Source: a virus (taxonomy: Duplodnaviria; Caudoviricetes). From it: a stretch of 41,933 nt of DNA. Of this stretch, positions 6,578 to 16,239 are shown in pieces; the first letter of the stretch is position 1; each line of letters begins with the position of its first letter. Under the pieces are notes generated by a model that did no database searches, was not told the origin of the DNA, and saw only the letters and a list, made by a program, of their open reading frames with translations. The DNA is taken from the IMG/VR virus record IMGVR_UViG_3300048848_000230, positions 1-41,933 of that record; one strand, given 5' to 3'. The position numbers and the translations under genes were made by a program.

Positions 6578-9500
6578 CTAAGCCGTGGCTGCACTCGCCT
6601 CCAATTCGATGCTCGCGAACGGCCAAGCCCCCGCTCCATCGAGCGCAAGCTCAATTTGCCCGATTAGGTCAGCCGAGGCAGCGAGTGCACCGGTCATTTG
6701 GCTGAACGCAACAATGTCATCCCAGCTTAATGTACGGCCGCGTCGGTCTTTGAGCCACTTGTCGAGGACCTTGTATCCTCCGATCTCCATTCCCCAAAGC
6801 CAGTCCGGCACATTAGAAAAATGCTGAGTGTCGTTTATCGACATTTGACCAAACGCCGCATCGTCACCAGGGACAAACTTCACGTGATCGACTACATTAC
6901 TCCCGGATATCGGAAAGCTGACAACCGGCGCCGTGGGCTTGGTAAGGGTGTTTACGTCTACGAGGTCGCGTCCAAGCTCTGCCAGTCGCTCGAACAGTGC
7001 CCTGTCCACCACAAGCGGCACGCGCGGATAGTCAATCCGCAAAAGGGCGTCGTAACGGGAGCGATATGTTGTGCTGCTCAGAACAGCAAATAAATAATCG
7101 AATACGCGTCTAGGCGTAAGCACGTTGGTGGTGTTGTCGCTCTCTCCAAGTTGATCGTCGTAAACCATCCCGAGCGCCGCAGCCCATCTCCCCATAATCT
7201 CGCGGTCTAGGTTGGCTTGTCGCTCGGGGCCGGTCCACGCCACCCCCTCGTCCTCGGGCGCAAACCGCCACAGCGGGAACACGAAGTTTACGTCAAAGGC
7301 TGCTGCCGACTTGTGAGCAGCTGGGAGCGTTGCGACGGACGCCGTAAATGGCGCTTTTGTCTGCCGAGTGGTGACGAGCGCAAGATTCTCATGGCCTACC
7401 ATATGGCGCATCGCCCGCTCGCGACGATGCACGGTGACGTTGCCATCCCAGATCGTCCAGCGGCGGTCGAACGGACGATACAGGACCCGCTGCTTCTCGG
7501 CACGCCAATCCTTCTTCAGCAATTGGTCCTTTGCCTTGGCGTAGCTCCATTGGCTGGTAGAGCATAGCCGGAAGAATGTCCGCGCCTCGGCCTCAGATCC
7601 CGTGGCCAACAGACGTTCGACCTTGCTGATGGCCTCGTCTGCCGTGAACGATATTGCGAACTGATCCTGCGTGGTAAGAAAGCCGGGTGCAGGAGCGCCG
7701 TTGGGGCTGAAGATCGCCGGGAGCGGAATGAAAAATCTGTATTCATCCTCCAGCGGCCCACCCGCAGGCTTGAATAGATGCATCGGCGCAGACGGCGTGA
7801 GCTCAATCCATTCGGTAGTGGTAACATCGTGGTCGTTGAGCCAGCGATACTTCCCTCCGGTGAGGGTGCGTTCACCGGCAGCTACCGTCCACTCCTCGCG
7901 CGGGCCCCAAAGGTCAGCGTGGTGGATGCGCGCTGATCGCTGCTCAACCGTTCCTGGCCTGCGAACCATCAGCACAATGGCAACGCCTTTTTGGATGTCG
8001 AAGACGTTCTCGTCGTCTGCTGGTCCGTCCTCCTTCGGCTTGATGCTGCCATGGAGATCGAGGAGGTAGATGTCGTCGAACGTGCCCCGCAGGCTGTTGC
8101 GCATCCCTCGAAAGGTCGCGTTGCTGAGCCAGCTATGATTCGTGACAAAGGCGAGAATACCGTGGCCGGTCCGTTCAATTCGCCATTGCCCGAAGCGGAT
8201 AAATTTGACGTAGTCGTCGTTCAGCCACTTGCCTTGCCCTGGCTTATTCAGCTCGGGGAAGCCATGTTTGTAGTCGGCAATCAGTCGCGAAATCCAAGGG
8301 TGGTTGTTTGCGGAATGCCCTGAGTAGGGAGGGTTGCCGAGGACGACCATCACCGGGGCCTGTTGCTTGATGGCTCCCGCCTCGGAAGCTTCTTTCGCCA
8401 GGATCTGCTGGAAGGCCATCAGTTCCCCGATGGGCTTAGCCTCGTCGAGCGCGTTGGTAAGGTAAACGCGCAAGCGCTCGTCCTCCGCGAAGTCGTAGTT
8501 CTCCATCTTCAGCTGCAGACCAAGCTTCATGTGGGCCACCGTGTAAGGTGCCATCAGGAGTTCAAAGCCGAACAAACGTGGAAGGAGATGAAGACGGACG
8601 TACTCATTCCACGCCCCGCCGAGACCCGACGCCTCGATGCGCTCGTGGATGAGGCGAACAGTGGCCTGGAGGAAGGTGCCAGTACCTACTGCCGGATCGA
8701 GGATGATGACCTTGTGGGTCTCGATCTGCTGAGTCTGCCCGAGTTCGCCAGCCGCGGATGCTGTGATAACACGGTCCGTGCAGGCAAGCCCCTCCTGCAA
8801 GCCGAACGCGGATTGAAGCAGGGCGTCGACGGAGCGGACGATATAAGAAACGACTGGTTCCGGCGTATAGTAGATGCCCCGCTTCTCGCGCAGCTTGGGA
8901 TCGTAGCTAGCGAGGAACGTCTCGTAAAAGTGCAATACAGGGTCAGTACGCCGTGTCTCTTTGCCGAAGTCTCGCAGAACGCGCGTCATATCCGTACGGT
9001 CGAGCAGCACAGCCAGATCGTCCACAGCCCACGTGAGCCGGGGATCGAGGTCTGGTCCAGCGATTTCGCTGAATAGCCGCCGCAAGAACGGGTTTGTGCG
9101 AGGTATTTCGTAAGACGCGTGCATCCGATCGAATGCGCCGGAGTTTGGATCATGGTTTACGCGAGCCGAGAAAAGCCCGTAGGCGATGGTCTGCGCGTAC
9201 ATGTCCGCAAAGGCGGCCTCGTCTAGATCCGCAACAAAAACCTGCCGGAAGGCGTCCAGTTGCGAACGTAAGGACCCGCCGGCCTTTTCACCTTTTATTG
9301 CCTGGAGGAGCGCGTCCCTGAGGATACGAGCCGATCGACTAAGCGCCTCGGCTAACGATCGCGGCGATGTTGGCTGTCGCACCTTATGGCTGATGAAATC
9401 CTGGAGCAGTTGCAGAAGCTCATCAGCGCCATTTGGACGGATAACGATGCCGTCGCCGTCTGTGTCGGCGAACCGCACGACGCGCCGCCGGTCACCCTCC

Positions 9501-9832
9501 ACGTACCAACGAAACTCTAGGTAGTCCGTGAGGACTAGGTTCGGCAGTCCATCGAGGTAGCGCACCAGCTGAGACGTTTTCTCGGCCTTACTCAAGGAAA
9601 CGTCGATATCTTTAGCTTCGACGTGTCCGATAGGAGCGTTGCCTAAGCGGACAATATAGTCGGGCGCACCGACCGCCGTTTGCTTCGGCTCATTCGTCGC
9701 GGTGACGTTCTCGCCACCGACCGCTTCGATCAGAGCGGCAAGAGCAGCGCGGTGCGTATGCTCAGTCGCATCACCTTTGGCAAAGGCCTTCTGCAGAGCC
9801 GCCAGATAAGCTTCAATTGGTTGTGTGGTCAC
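6578..9832 (-). CDS. Single-chain restriction-modification enzyme: PD-(D/E)xK nuclease + N6-adenine MTase + type ISP-like specificity domain, no helicase (cassette 4)
   Basis: GAPDY..GHVEAK nuclease motif, GIYYTP, ILDPAVGTGTF (motif I), LGNPPYS (motif IV), LYRPFD and IGGYKVLDKWLKDR C-terminal motifs; likely GTG start 9832 (ATG 9850 alternative). Confidence 0.9.
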   Translation of the reverse strand: MTTQPIEAYLAALQKAFAKGDATEHTHRAALAALIEAVGGENVTATNEPKQTAVGAPDYIVRLGNAPIGHVEAKDIDVSLSKAEKTSQLVRYLDGLPNLVLTDYLEFRWYVEGDRRRVVRFADTDGDGIVIRPNGADELLQLLQDFISHKVRQPTSPRSLAEALSRSARILRDALLQAIKGEKAGGSLRSQLDAFRQVFVADLDEAAFADMYAQTIAYGLFSARVNHDPNSGAFDRMHASYEIPRTNPFLRRLFSEIAGPDLDPRLTWAVDDLAVLLDRTDMTRVLRDFGKETRRTDPVLHFYETFLASYDPKLREKRGIYYTPEPVVSYIVRSVDALLQSAFGLQEGLACTDRVITASAAGELGQTQQIETHKVIILDPAVGTGTFLQATVRLIHERIEASGLGGAWNEYVRLHLLPRLFGFELLMAPYTVAHMKLGLQLKMENYDFAEDERLRVYLTNALDEAKPIGELMAFQQILAKEASEAGAIKQQAPVMVVLGNPPYSGHSANNHPWISRLIADYKHGFPELNKPGQGKWLNDDYVKFIRFGQWRIERTGHGILAFVTNHSWLSNATFRGMRNSLRGTFDDIYLLDLHGSIKPKEDGPADDENVFDIQKGVAIVLMVRRPGTVEQRSARIHHADLWGPREEWTVAAGERTLTGGKYRWLNDHDVTTTEWIELTPSAPMHLFKPAGGPLEDEYRFFIPLPAIFSPNGAPAPGFLTTQDQFAISFTADEAISKVERLLATGSEAEARTFFRLCSTSQWSYAKAKDQLLKKDWRAEKQRVLYRPFDRRWTIWDGNVTVHRRERAMRHMVGHENLALVTTRQTKAPFTASVATLPAAHKSAAAFDVNFVFPLWRFAPEDEGVAWTGPERQANLDREIMGRWAAALGMVYDDQLGESDNTTNVLTPRRVFDYLFAVLSSTTYRSRYDALLRIDYPRVPLVVDRALFERLAELGRDLVDVNTLTKPTAPVVSFPISGSNVVDHVKFVPGDDAAFGQMSINDTQHFSNVPDWLWGMEIGGYKVLDKWLKDRRGRTLSWDDIVAFSQMTGALAASADLIGQIELALDGAGAWPFASIELEASAATA

Positions 9833-10009
9833 ATTCCCCCCGCGCGCCATCGTAGCAAAGCGCCTGCGCGTTGTGACTGGTCGACATTGTCGCGGCAAGA
9901 GTGCGGCACGCGAAGCCCGTGAACTAGCCCGCAGTGGTCGATCGCGAGGAAGGGGCACTCACCGAGTCCTAACCTTGCTCCTAAAAGCGTATGCCGTTTT
10001 CGTCTCCGC

Positions 10010-10142
10010 GCGGCGGACAGGCCCTCCGCCGTGGTCTGACAGACACCGCAGAGAACCTGGCTTTAAGAGCTTCTACCGCCGGCGCGATACCCCGGCGGTA
10101 CCCCCACACGGCAGCGGCGGGAAATCGCCAAAGTCAGACGTA
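10010..10142 (+). repeat. Cassette-boundary repeat, copy 5
   Basis: GCGGCGGACAGGCCCTCCGCC..CAGACACCGCAGAGAACCTGG..ATACCCCGGCGGTACCCCC..CGGCGGGAAATCGCC. Confidence 0.92.
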
Positions 10143-10203
10143 GCAGATGCCCGAAGCGGCCAGGGCAGCGACGATCAGCACCCCGATCGCCGCCGCCTCT
10201 ATC

Positions 10204-11042
10204 TCAGTTGTTGTTGGCCGCCTCACGCCGCGAGCATAGCGCGGTCGCGTCGAAGTTCGCCACCACCAGCTCGCTGACCTGCTTTGCCGACCCTGCCCCG
10301 ACCGTATAGGTCACCGGCAGCTGCACCTGGTGGAAGCGCCCGAACACCTCGCGCGCGCCCGGCGTGTCGTTGATCGACAGCAGGAACTTGCCCTTGATGC
10401 CGGCGAGCTGGTCCGCCAGCACTGAGAAGTCGGCCCGGCCGAACACGTCCTGGCCATAGTCGTCCTCGCACCCCCAATAGGGCGGATCGAGGTAGAACAG
10501 CATGCCGGCACGGTCATAGCGGCGGATGAACTCGGCATAGCCGAGCTGCTCGATCACGACACCGGCCAGGCGCTCGTGAATGTCCGCCAGCATCGGCTCC
10601 AGCTTGGTGACGTTGAACCGCGCACCCTGCGTCCGATCGACGCCGAAGTGCCGCCCGTTCACCTTGCCCCCGAACGCAGGCGCTGGAGGTAGAGGAACCG
10701 CGCCGCCCGCTCCAGGTCGGTCAGCGTCTCTGGAGCCTGCGCCTTCAGCCGCTCGAACTCGTTGCGGCTCGCCACCCGAAAGCGCAGCATGTCGATGAAA
10801 TAGGCATAGTGCCGCTGCAGCACGCGGAAGAACGTGGCGACATCGCCCGACACGTCGTTGATCACCTCGACGCGCGGCCGCGACCGGCGGCGCAGGAAGA
10901 TGCCGCCCATGCCGACGAAGGGCTCGGCATAACCGTCATGTTCGACCTGGGCGATGATCGCGGTCAGCCGGGACGCAAGATTGCGCTTGCCGCCGATGTA
11001 ACCGGCTGCAGGCGCGACGGCACGTACGTTTGTTGGATACAC
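10204..11042 (-). pseudogene. Dam-like (D12 class) DNA adenine methyltransferase, frameshifted near 10677
   Basis: YIGGKRNLA, YAEPFVGMG and VINDVSG in one frame, FYLDPPYW in another; junction CTG CG TTC GGG GGC AAG restores LAFGGKV if one base is added. Confidence 0.88.
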
Positions 11043-11195
11043 GGGTAAAAAGCTCGCCTTATGGGGTTCGCGCCCGGCGACATGCCGGGTGCGGGACGGC
11101 CAATGGCCGCTGGTCGTGGCGAGCTGGATCTCGTCGGTTTGCCGAACTGCCATCCGGGGAACCCCCGCCAGGCCGAAGCCCGGCGGGGTAGCCAG

Positions 11196-12254
11196 TCACG
11201 CGGCTTGGGCCGCCTCTTCCTCTTCGAACGCCACCGCGGGCAGGCCCACCGCGTCGTTCAGATCGAGGAACGCCGCCATCAGCGGCTTGATCTCGTTGCG
11301 CCGGAACATGGCCGTCGCATCGGTTGGGTTGCCGAACGCGGAGCCCTGCGCCGGCACGATGCCGAGCAGCTGGGGCGGCACGCGGTGCGCCGCCATGACG
11401 TCGGCCTGCGTCGCGCTCTTGATGCCCAGGAATTCGTCCTTGGCCGCAGCTTCCGCGATCGAGATGATCTTGATGCTGTTCTCTTTGCCGTTGGGCGCAT
11501 GCACGAACATCGACCGGAAGTTGCCCGGCCCCTTCGCACCGCGCATCGCTTCCTTCAGCTTGTCGGTGTCGTTCGCGTCGATGTCGCCGGTCGCGTACAT
11601 GATATAGCCGGCATGGGCGCCGTTGAGATAGTAGCGGCGCCGAAACAGCGTCGCCGCTTCGTTCAGCAACGCCGCCTGCAATGCCGAGATATATTCCGGC
11701 ACGCCGTAGATCTCCTGGTTCACATCGGGCTGCATCAGCTGCACCACGCTGCCGCGGTCGAACTCGCTCTCGCTCGGCACGCCCGGCACGTAGAAGAACC
11801 GACCCGCCTCGATGCCGCGCCGGGTGTATTTAGCCGGCGAATAGTCGATCCGCAGCGTCGCACCCGACAGGCTGCGCACCTTCACGCCATAGCAGTCGCC
11901 GAACACCAGATAGTCCTGCACCAGCTTGGCGAACACGGTGCGGCTCAGCCACTGCGACGGGATGAACGATCCCACCAGCTGGTTGCGCTTGAAGATGATC
12001 GCCGAGCTATGGTGCGGCGACACACGGAATGACCGGGCGAGCCCGTCGCGCGAGATCGGCGGCTCGTACCAGCGATTGTTGTGCGGGCATTCCAGCAGAT
12101 CGAGCAGCTGACGGCGGTCAAGCACGGCCTCCGGCTCGCCGAAGCTGAACGCCTCGATGCCAGCGCCGCGATCGGCCGCCGCCGGTTCGATCGCGCCGGC
12201 CGACGCCGTGCGCGCTTCCTGCCGCGACATCCGCCGCGTGCTTCGCCTGCTCAT
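11196..12254 (-). CDS. Phage portal protein (P2 gpQ-like)
   Basis: FSFGEPE, WYEPPIS, QEIYGVPEY, RRYYLNGAHAG and AAHRVPPQL motifs. Confidence 0.96.
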   Translation of the reverse strand: MSRRSTRRMSRQEARTASAGAIEPAAADRGAGIEAFSFGEPEAVLDRRQLLDLLECPHNNRWYEPPISRDGLARSFRVSPHHSSAIIFKRNQLVGSFIPSQWLSRTVFAKLVQDYLVFGDCYGVKVRSLSGATLRIDYSPAKYTRRGIEAGRFFYVPGVPSESEFDRGSVVQLMQPDVNQEIYGVPEYISALQAALLNEAATLFRRRYYLNGAHAGYIMYATGDIDANDTDKLKEAMRGAKGPGNFRSMFVHAPNGKENSIKIISIAEAAAKDEFLGIKSATQADVMAAHRVPPQLLGIVPAQGSAFGNPTDATAMFRRNEIKPLMAAFLDLNDAVGLPAVAFEEEEAAQAA

Positions 12255-14080
12255 TCGATGATCTCCATGGAGCCCTTGGGCTTTTCCTTGCCGTCGAGCG
12301 GCTCGTTGATGAGGACGTGCATGATCGCCCAGGCGATGTCCGCGTGGCCGTCGTCGCCGCCGCGCCCGGCCTTGAACGTGACGTTGCGCCCGCTGGTGGT
12401 CAGCGTTTTCTTGATCGAGATGAACGACGACACGATGTCGAGGTAGGAGCTGTCGAACGCCAAGCGCCCGCGGCGCACGACGTTCTGCGCCTTCATGACC
12501 ATCTGCGCCTTCACTTCGAGCGAATACTCGATCTTGGTGACGCCGCGGATCCCGGTCTCGGGCTTGGCGAGCAGCTGGTGGACGCCGGCACCGACGCCGG
12601 TCGCGTCGATGCCCAGATAGGTGACGTTGTAGCGCGACAGCACCGACTGGATGAACGCGGCCTGCTGTTCGAAGTCGAGCCCGCGCAGCTGGTGGCGTTC
12701 GAGGATCCGGAAGGCTCCACCCGGCACGGCCGGTGGCGCCATGATCGCCAGCGCGGCATTGTCGCCGTTCTCGCTGTTCTGCGGATCATAGCCGGCCCAG
12801 ACTGGCCGGTTGCCATAGGGCCGCGCGGCCTCGGGATCGAAATCCGCCCAATCGACCAGGCTGTCGCAGCCGAGCTTGACCAGGTCGTTGAACCGGAACG
12901 CCGACAGGCTGTCATCGACGAACACGCACCCGAACAGGTTGGCGAACTCGTCCTCGGCGTATTCGTCCTGCAGCTCGTCCAGGTCGACCAGGTCGAAGCC
13001 CTTGTCGATCGCGTCCTGCACCGTGACGATCTGGCGCCAGACGCTGTCTTCGCACAGCTTGCCATCCTTGAGCGCGGCATGACCGACATCGATCTCGATC
13101 CGATCTTCCTTCTTGCGCCGGCGGTTGCGGCGCTCGCCCGTCCAATACGGATAGGCCGGATGCGCCACGGTCGACGGCGTCGAGAAATAGGTCTTCCGCC
13201 AGTGCTTGTGCGTCGCCATGCCCGAGGCGACCTTGTTCAGCTCCTCGAACCCGTGGACCCAGAAAAACTCGTCGAAATAGAAGTTGCCCGAGCGACCCTG
13301 CGCGGTGCGGAAGTTGGTGCCCAGGAAGTGCAGCTCGGCCGCCGCCTCGCCCTCGTCGCGTAGCGCGCTGGTGATCAGCATCGGGTCGCCCTTCAGGTCG
13401 ACGCCGACCAGCTTGGCAAAACCGATGATGTAGTTGCGAAACTGATGCGCCTGCGCCTTGGACGCCGACAGGAAGATCTGGTTGCGGCCGCTCTCGATCG
13501 CGTCGATCAGCGCCTCGAACGCGAAATAATAGGTCGCCCCGATCTGGCGTGACTTCAGGATCATCCGCGTGCGGCGCGACAGGTTCTCCCACCAGGTCTC
13601 CTGGTATCCGAACAGCTGGTCTAGGAAGATGGCCTTGAGCTTTTCCGCCTGCTCGGCGGTGAAGTGGTTCGGCTTCGCCTTGGGCTTGCGCTCGCCCTTG
13701 TTCCGGTTGGCGGCCTTCTCGTTCAGGTCGCCTTCGTGCCCGCCCGGTTCCTCGTAGCGGCGCACCTTGGCCAGCGCGGCGACCTGGCGGCCGAGCAGGT
13801 CGATCTCCTTGAAGTCGCCGGGGGTCTTCTTGTCCTTGGCGATTAGCACCATCCACCGCGCTTCGAGGCAGTCCTCCAGGCGGCGGATGCTGGGCACGTC
13901 GTCCCATTTGCTGCGATCCTTCCACGACTGCACGGTGGTGCGCGCCACCTGCAGTTCCTCGGCGATCTGGCTGACCTCCCACCCGCGCCAGTACAGGCTG
14001 CGCGCCGCGCGCCGTCGATCTTCGACGGGCAGCGTCAGCGGGTCGGCATGCAGGGCGAGCGGGTTGGCAAGGATCGACAT
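12251..14080 (-). CDS. Terminase large (ATPase) subunit (P2 gpP-like)
   Basis: ILKSRQIGAT, NQIFLSASKAQA, YFDEFFW, GYDP and GHADIAWA motifs. Confidence 0.97.
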   Translation of the reverse strand: MSILANPLALHADPLTLPVEDRRRAARSLYWRGWEVSQIAEELQVARTTVQSWKDRSKWDDVPSIRRLEDCLEARWMVLIAKDKKTPGDFKEIDLLGRQVAALAKVRRYEEPGGHEGDLNEKAANRNKGERKPKAKPNHFTAEQAEKLKAIFLDQLFGYQETWWENLSRRTRMILKSRQIGATYYFAFEALIDAIESGRNQIFLSASKAQAHQFRNYIIGFAKLVGVDLKGDPMLITSALRDEGEAAAELHFLGTNFRTAQGRSGNFYFDEFFWVHGFEELNKVASGMATHKHWRKTYFSTPSTVAHPAYPYWTGERRNRRRKKEDRIEIDVGHAALKDGKLCEDSVWRQIVTVQDAIDKGFDLVDLDELQDEYAEDEFANLFGCVFVDDSLSAFRFNDLVKLGCDSLVDWADFDPEAARPYGNRPVWAGYDPQNSENGDNAALAIMAPPAVPGGAFRILERHQLRGLDFEQQAAFIQSVLSRYNVTYLGIDATGVGAGVHQLLAKPETGIRGVTKIEYSLEVKAQMVMKAQNVVRRGRLAFDSSYLDIVSSFISIKKTLTTSGRNVTFKAGRGGDDGHADIAWAIMHVLINEPLDGKEKPKGSMEIIE

Positions 14081-14125
14081 GGTGGCGCGAGCCTAGCCAC
14101 GCCCCAGCGCCCAAACGGAGCGCCG

Positions 14126-14154
14126 GCAATCGTAGAGACCGTCTCTACGATTGC
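14126..14154. promoter_or_regulatory. Late-promoter palindrome 1 (putative Ogr-family activator site) between divergent P and O
   Basis: GCAATCGTAGAGAC-C-GTCTCTACGATTGC, perfect inverted repeat. Confidence 0.8.
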
Positions 14155-14253
14155 GCGCGCTTGAGAAGCGACGCGCCTTCGGTCCCTGTTCAGGCCTCCA
14201 GACCGGTGGCGATGCACCGGCAGCATCGAACCGATCCCGAGGACCGCACTGCC

Positions 14254-15081
14254 ATGGGCACCAAGAGCAAGTTCTTCCGCGCTTTCGTCGAAGGCAACAC
14301 GATCAGCGATGGTCGCACCATCACGGCTGCGATGATCGACGAGATCGTCGCCACCTTCAGCGCCGCAACCTACACGCCGCGCATCAATGTCGAACATCTG
14401 TCGGGCTACAGCCCCGAGCCGCCGTTCAACGGCTATGGCAGCGTCATCGCCGTCAAGGCCGAGGACGTCACGCTGAAGATCGACGGCAAAGACGTGACCC
14501 GTCGCGCGCTCTACGCGCAGGTCGACGGCAACGCCCAGCTGGTCGATCTCGTCAAGCGCGACCAGAAGCCGTTCCCCTCGGTCGAACTGACCGACAGCTA
14601 CGCCGGCACTGGCAAGGTCGGCATGATCGGCCTCGCCTTCACGGACCGGCCCGCCAGCATCGGCACCGAGGCGCTGAAGTTCTCGCGCCATGCGCCGGGC
14701 ACCGTGTTCGCGGTCGGCGACGAAGCGCCGGTCCTGGAGTTCGAGGCGGCGCCGGTCGATCCCAAGAACCTCGCGACCATGATCAAGGATGGTGTCGCCA
14801 GCGCGTTCGCGTCGCTCGGCCTGACCAAGTCCGAACCGGAACCCAAGCCCGAGCCGAAGCCGGAGCCCAAGACCCCGGCGAACGACAACGACTTCAGCGC
14901 GCTGGCGACCGCGATTGGCGACCAGCTCACCGGCGCCATCAAGCCGCTGCTCGACGCTCAAGCCGCCACCGACGCCCGCTTCGCCGCGATCGAGAAGCAG
15001 CTCGAACAGACGCCGGCGCCGCAGCAGTTCTCGCGTCCGCCCGCGACCGGCGGATCCGACGAGCAGCTGACCGACTGCTGA
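14254..15081 (+). CDS. Capsid scaffolding protein (P2 gpO-like)
   Basis: SKFFRAFVEGNTISDGRTI, RINVEH, LAFTDRPASIGTE, C-terminal LTDC. Confidence 0.94.
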   Translation: MGTKSKFFRAFVEGNTISDGRTITAAMIDEIVATFSAATYTPRINVEHLSGYSPEPPFNGYGSVIAVKAEDVTLKIDGKDVTRRALYAQVDGNAQLVDLVKRDQKPFPSVELTDSYAGTGKVGMIGLAFTDRPASIGTEALKFSRHAPGTVFAVGDEAPVLEFEAAPVDPKNLATMIKDGVASAFASLGLTKSEPEPKPEPKPEPKTPANDNDFSALATAIGDQLTGAIKPLLDAQAATDARFAAIEKQLEQTPAPQQFSRPPATGGSDEQLTDC

Positions 15082-15124
15082 TCCGCACCCGCCACGCCGC
15101 TCTCCCGTCTCCCGAGGTACCCCC

Positions 15125-16195
15125 ATGCTGAACGCAACCCGCCAGAAGTACGACGCCTACACCGCCCAGATCGGCAAGTTGAACGGTGTCACCGACCCAA
15201 GCCGCCAGTTCGAGGTTCTGCCGTCCGTGGCGCAGACGCTGCGCGCCAAGCTGAAACTGTCGAGCGACTTCCTCAGCCGCATCAACATCATCCCCGTGGT
15301 AGCCCAGGAGGGCGCAAAGGTCGGCGTCGGCGTGAAGGGCACCATCGCGAGCCGCACCGACACCCGTTCGAAGGATCGCCAGCCCAAGTATCCGGGCGAC
15401 CTGGACGAGGTGAACTACCGCTGCGAAAAGACCGACTTCGACACGCTCGTTCGTTACGAGACGCTCGACGCCTGGGCGCATCAGCCCAACTTCCAGACGC
15501 TGCTGCGCGACGCGATCGTCAGCGCCAAGGCGGTGGACATCATCACCATCGGTTTCAACGGCACCCATGTCGCCAAGGATACTGATCCCGATGCGTACCC
15601 GCTCCTGCAGGACGTCAACGTCGGTTGGCTGGAGCATATCCGCCTGGAGGCTTCCGAGCGCGTTCTCAACGAAGGTGAAATCGAACCGGCGACCGTCGAT
15701 GCTCAGGGCAAGGTCACGAAGCCCGGCAAGATCTTCGTCGGCGCCGGCGAGGTCGGCGTCGAGGTCGATTACGTCAACGTCGACGCGCTGGTGTACGACG
15801 GCATCGAGCTGTTGCACGAGAACTATCGCGACGACACCGACCTGGTCGTGATCGTCGGCCGCGACCTGGTGCACGACAAGTATTTCTCGATCGTCAACGC
15901 CGCCGGCGACAAGGCGACCGAGCAGCTCGCCCGCGACGTGCTGCTGTCCGACAAGAAGATCGGCGGCCTCCAGGCGGTGCGCGTGCCCAAGTTCCCGCGC
16001 AACGCGATGCTGATCACCACGCTCGCCAACCTGTCGGTCTACGAGCAGATCGGCACCGAGCGTCGCAAGATCGAGGACAACGCCAAGCGCGACCAGATCG
16101 AAAACTATGAGAGCGTCAACCACGCCTATGTTGTCGAGGACATGGGCAAGGTCGCGCTGATCGAAAACATCACGATGGGCAAGAAGGCGGCCTAA
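15125..16195 (+). CDS. Major capsid protein (P2 gpN-like)
   Basis: SSDFLSRINI, IASRTDT, LDAWAH, PLLQDVNVGW and YESVNHAYVVED motifs. Confidence 0.97.
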   Translation: MLNATRQKYDAYTAQIGKLNGVTDPSRQFEVLPSVAQTLRAKLKLSSDFLSRINIIPVVAQEGAKVGVGVKGTIASRTDTRSKDRQPKYPGDLDEVNYRCEKTDFDTLVRYETLDAWAHQPNFQTLLRDAIVSAKAVDIITIGFNGTHVAKDTDPDAYPLLQDVNVGWLEHIRLEASERVLNEGEIEPATVDAQGKVTKPGKIFVGAGEVGVEVDYVNVDALVYDGIELLHENYRDDTDLVVIVGRDLVHDKYFSIVNAAGDKATEQLARDVLLSDKKIGGLQAVRVPKFPRNAMLITTLANLSVYEQIGTERRKIEDNAKRDQIENYESVNHAYVVEDMGKVALIENITMGKKAA

Positions 16196-16239
16196 TCGGC
16201 CGCTGCCCTCCTGAGATCGCCACCCAAGGGAACAGCGCA

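Noticed and set aside
3985-10142. CRISPR array
   Set aside because: Repeats are ~130 bp, degenerate and separated by whole genes (0.5-3.4 kb); no cas genes
3954-10142. Classical integron (attC/IntI)
   Set aside because: No consistent RYYYAAC...GTTRRRY ends (one chance ACTCAAC at 4622), mixed cassette orientation, and the only recombinase is a phage-type integrase
14833-14871. EPKP tandem repeat in the scaffold gene
   Set aside because: Ordinary low-complexity linker within gpO
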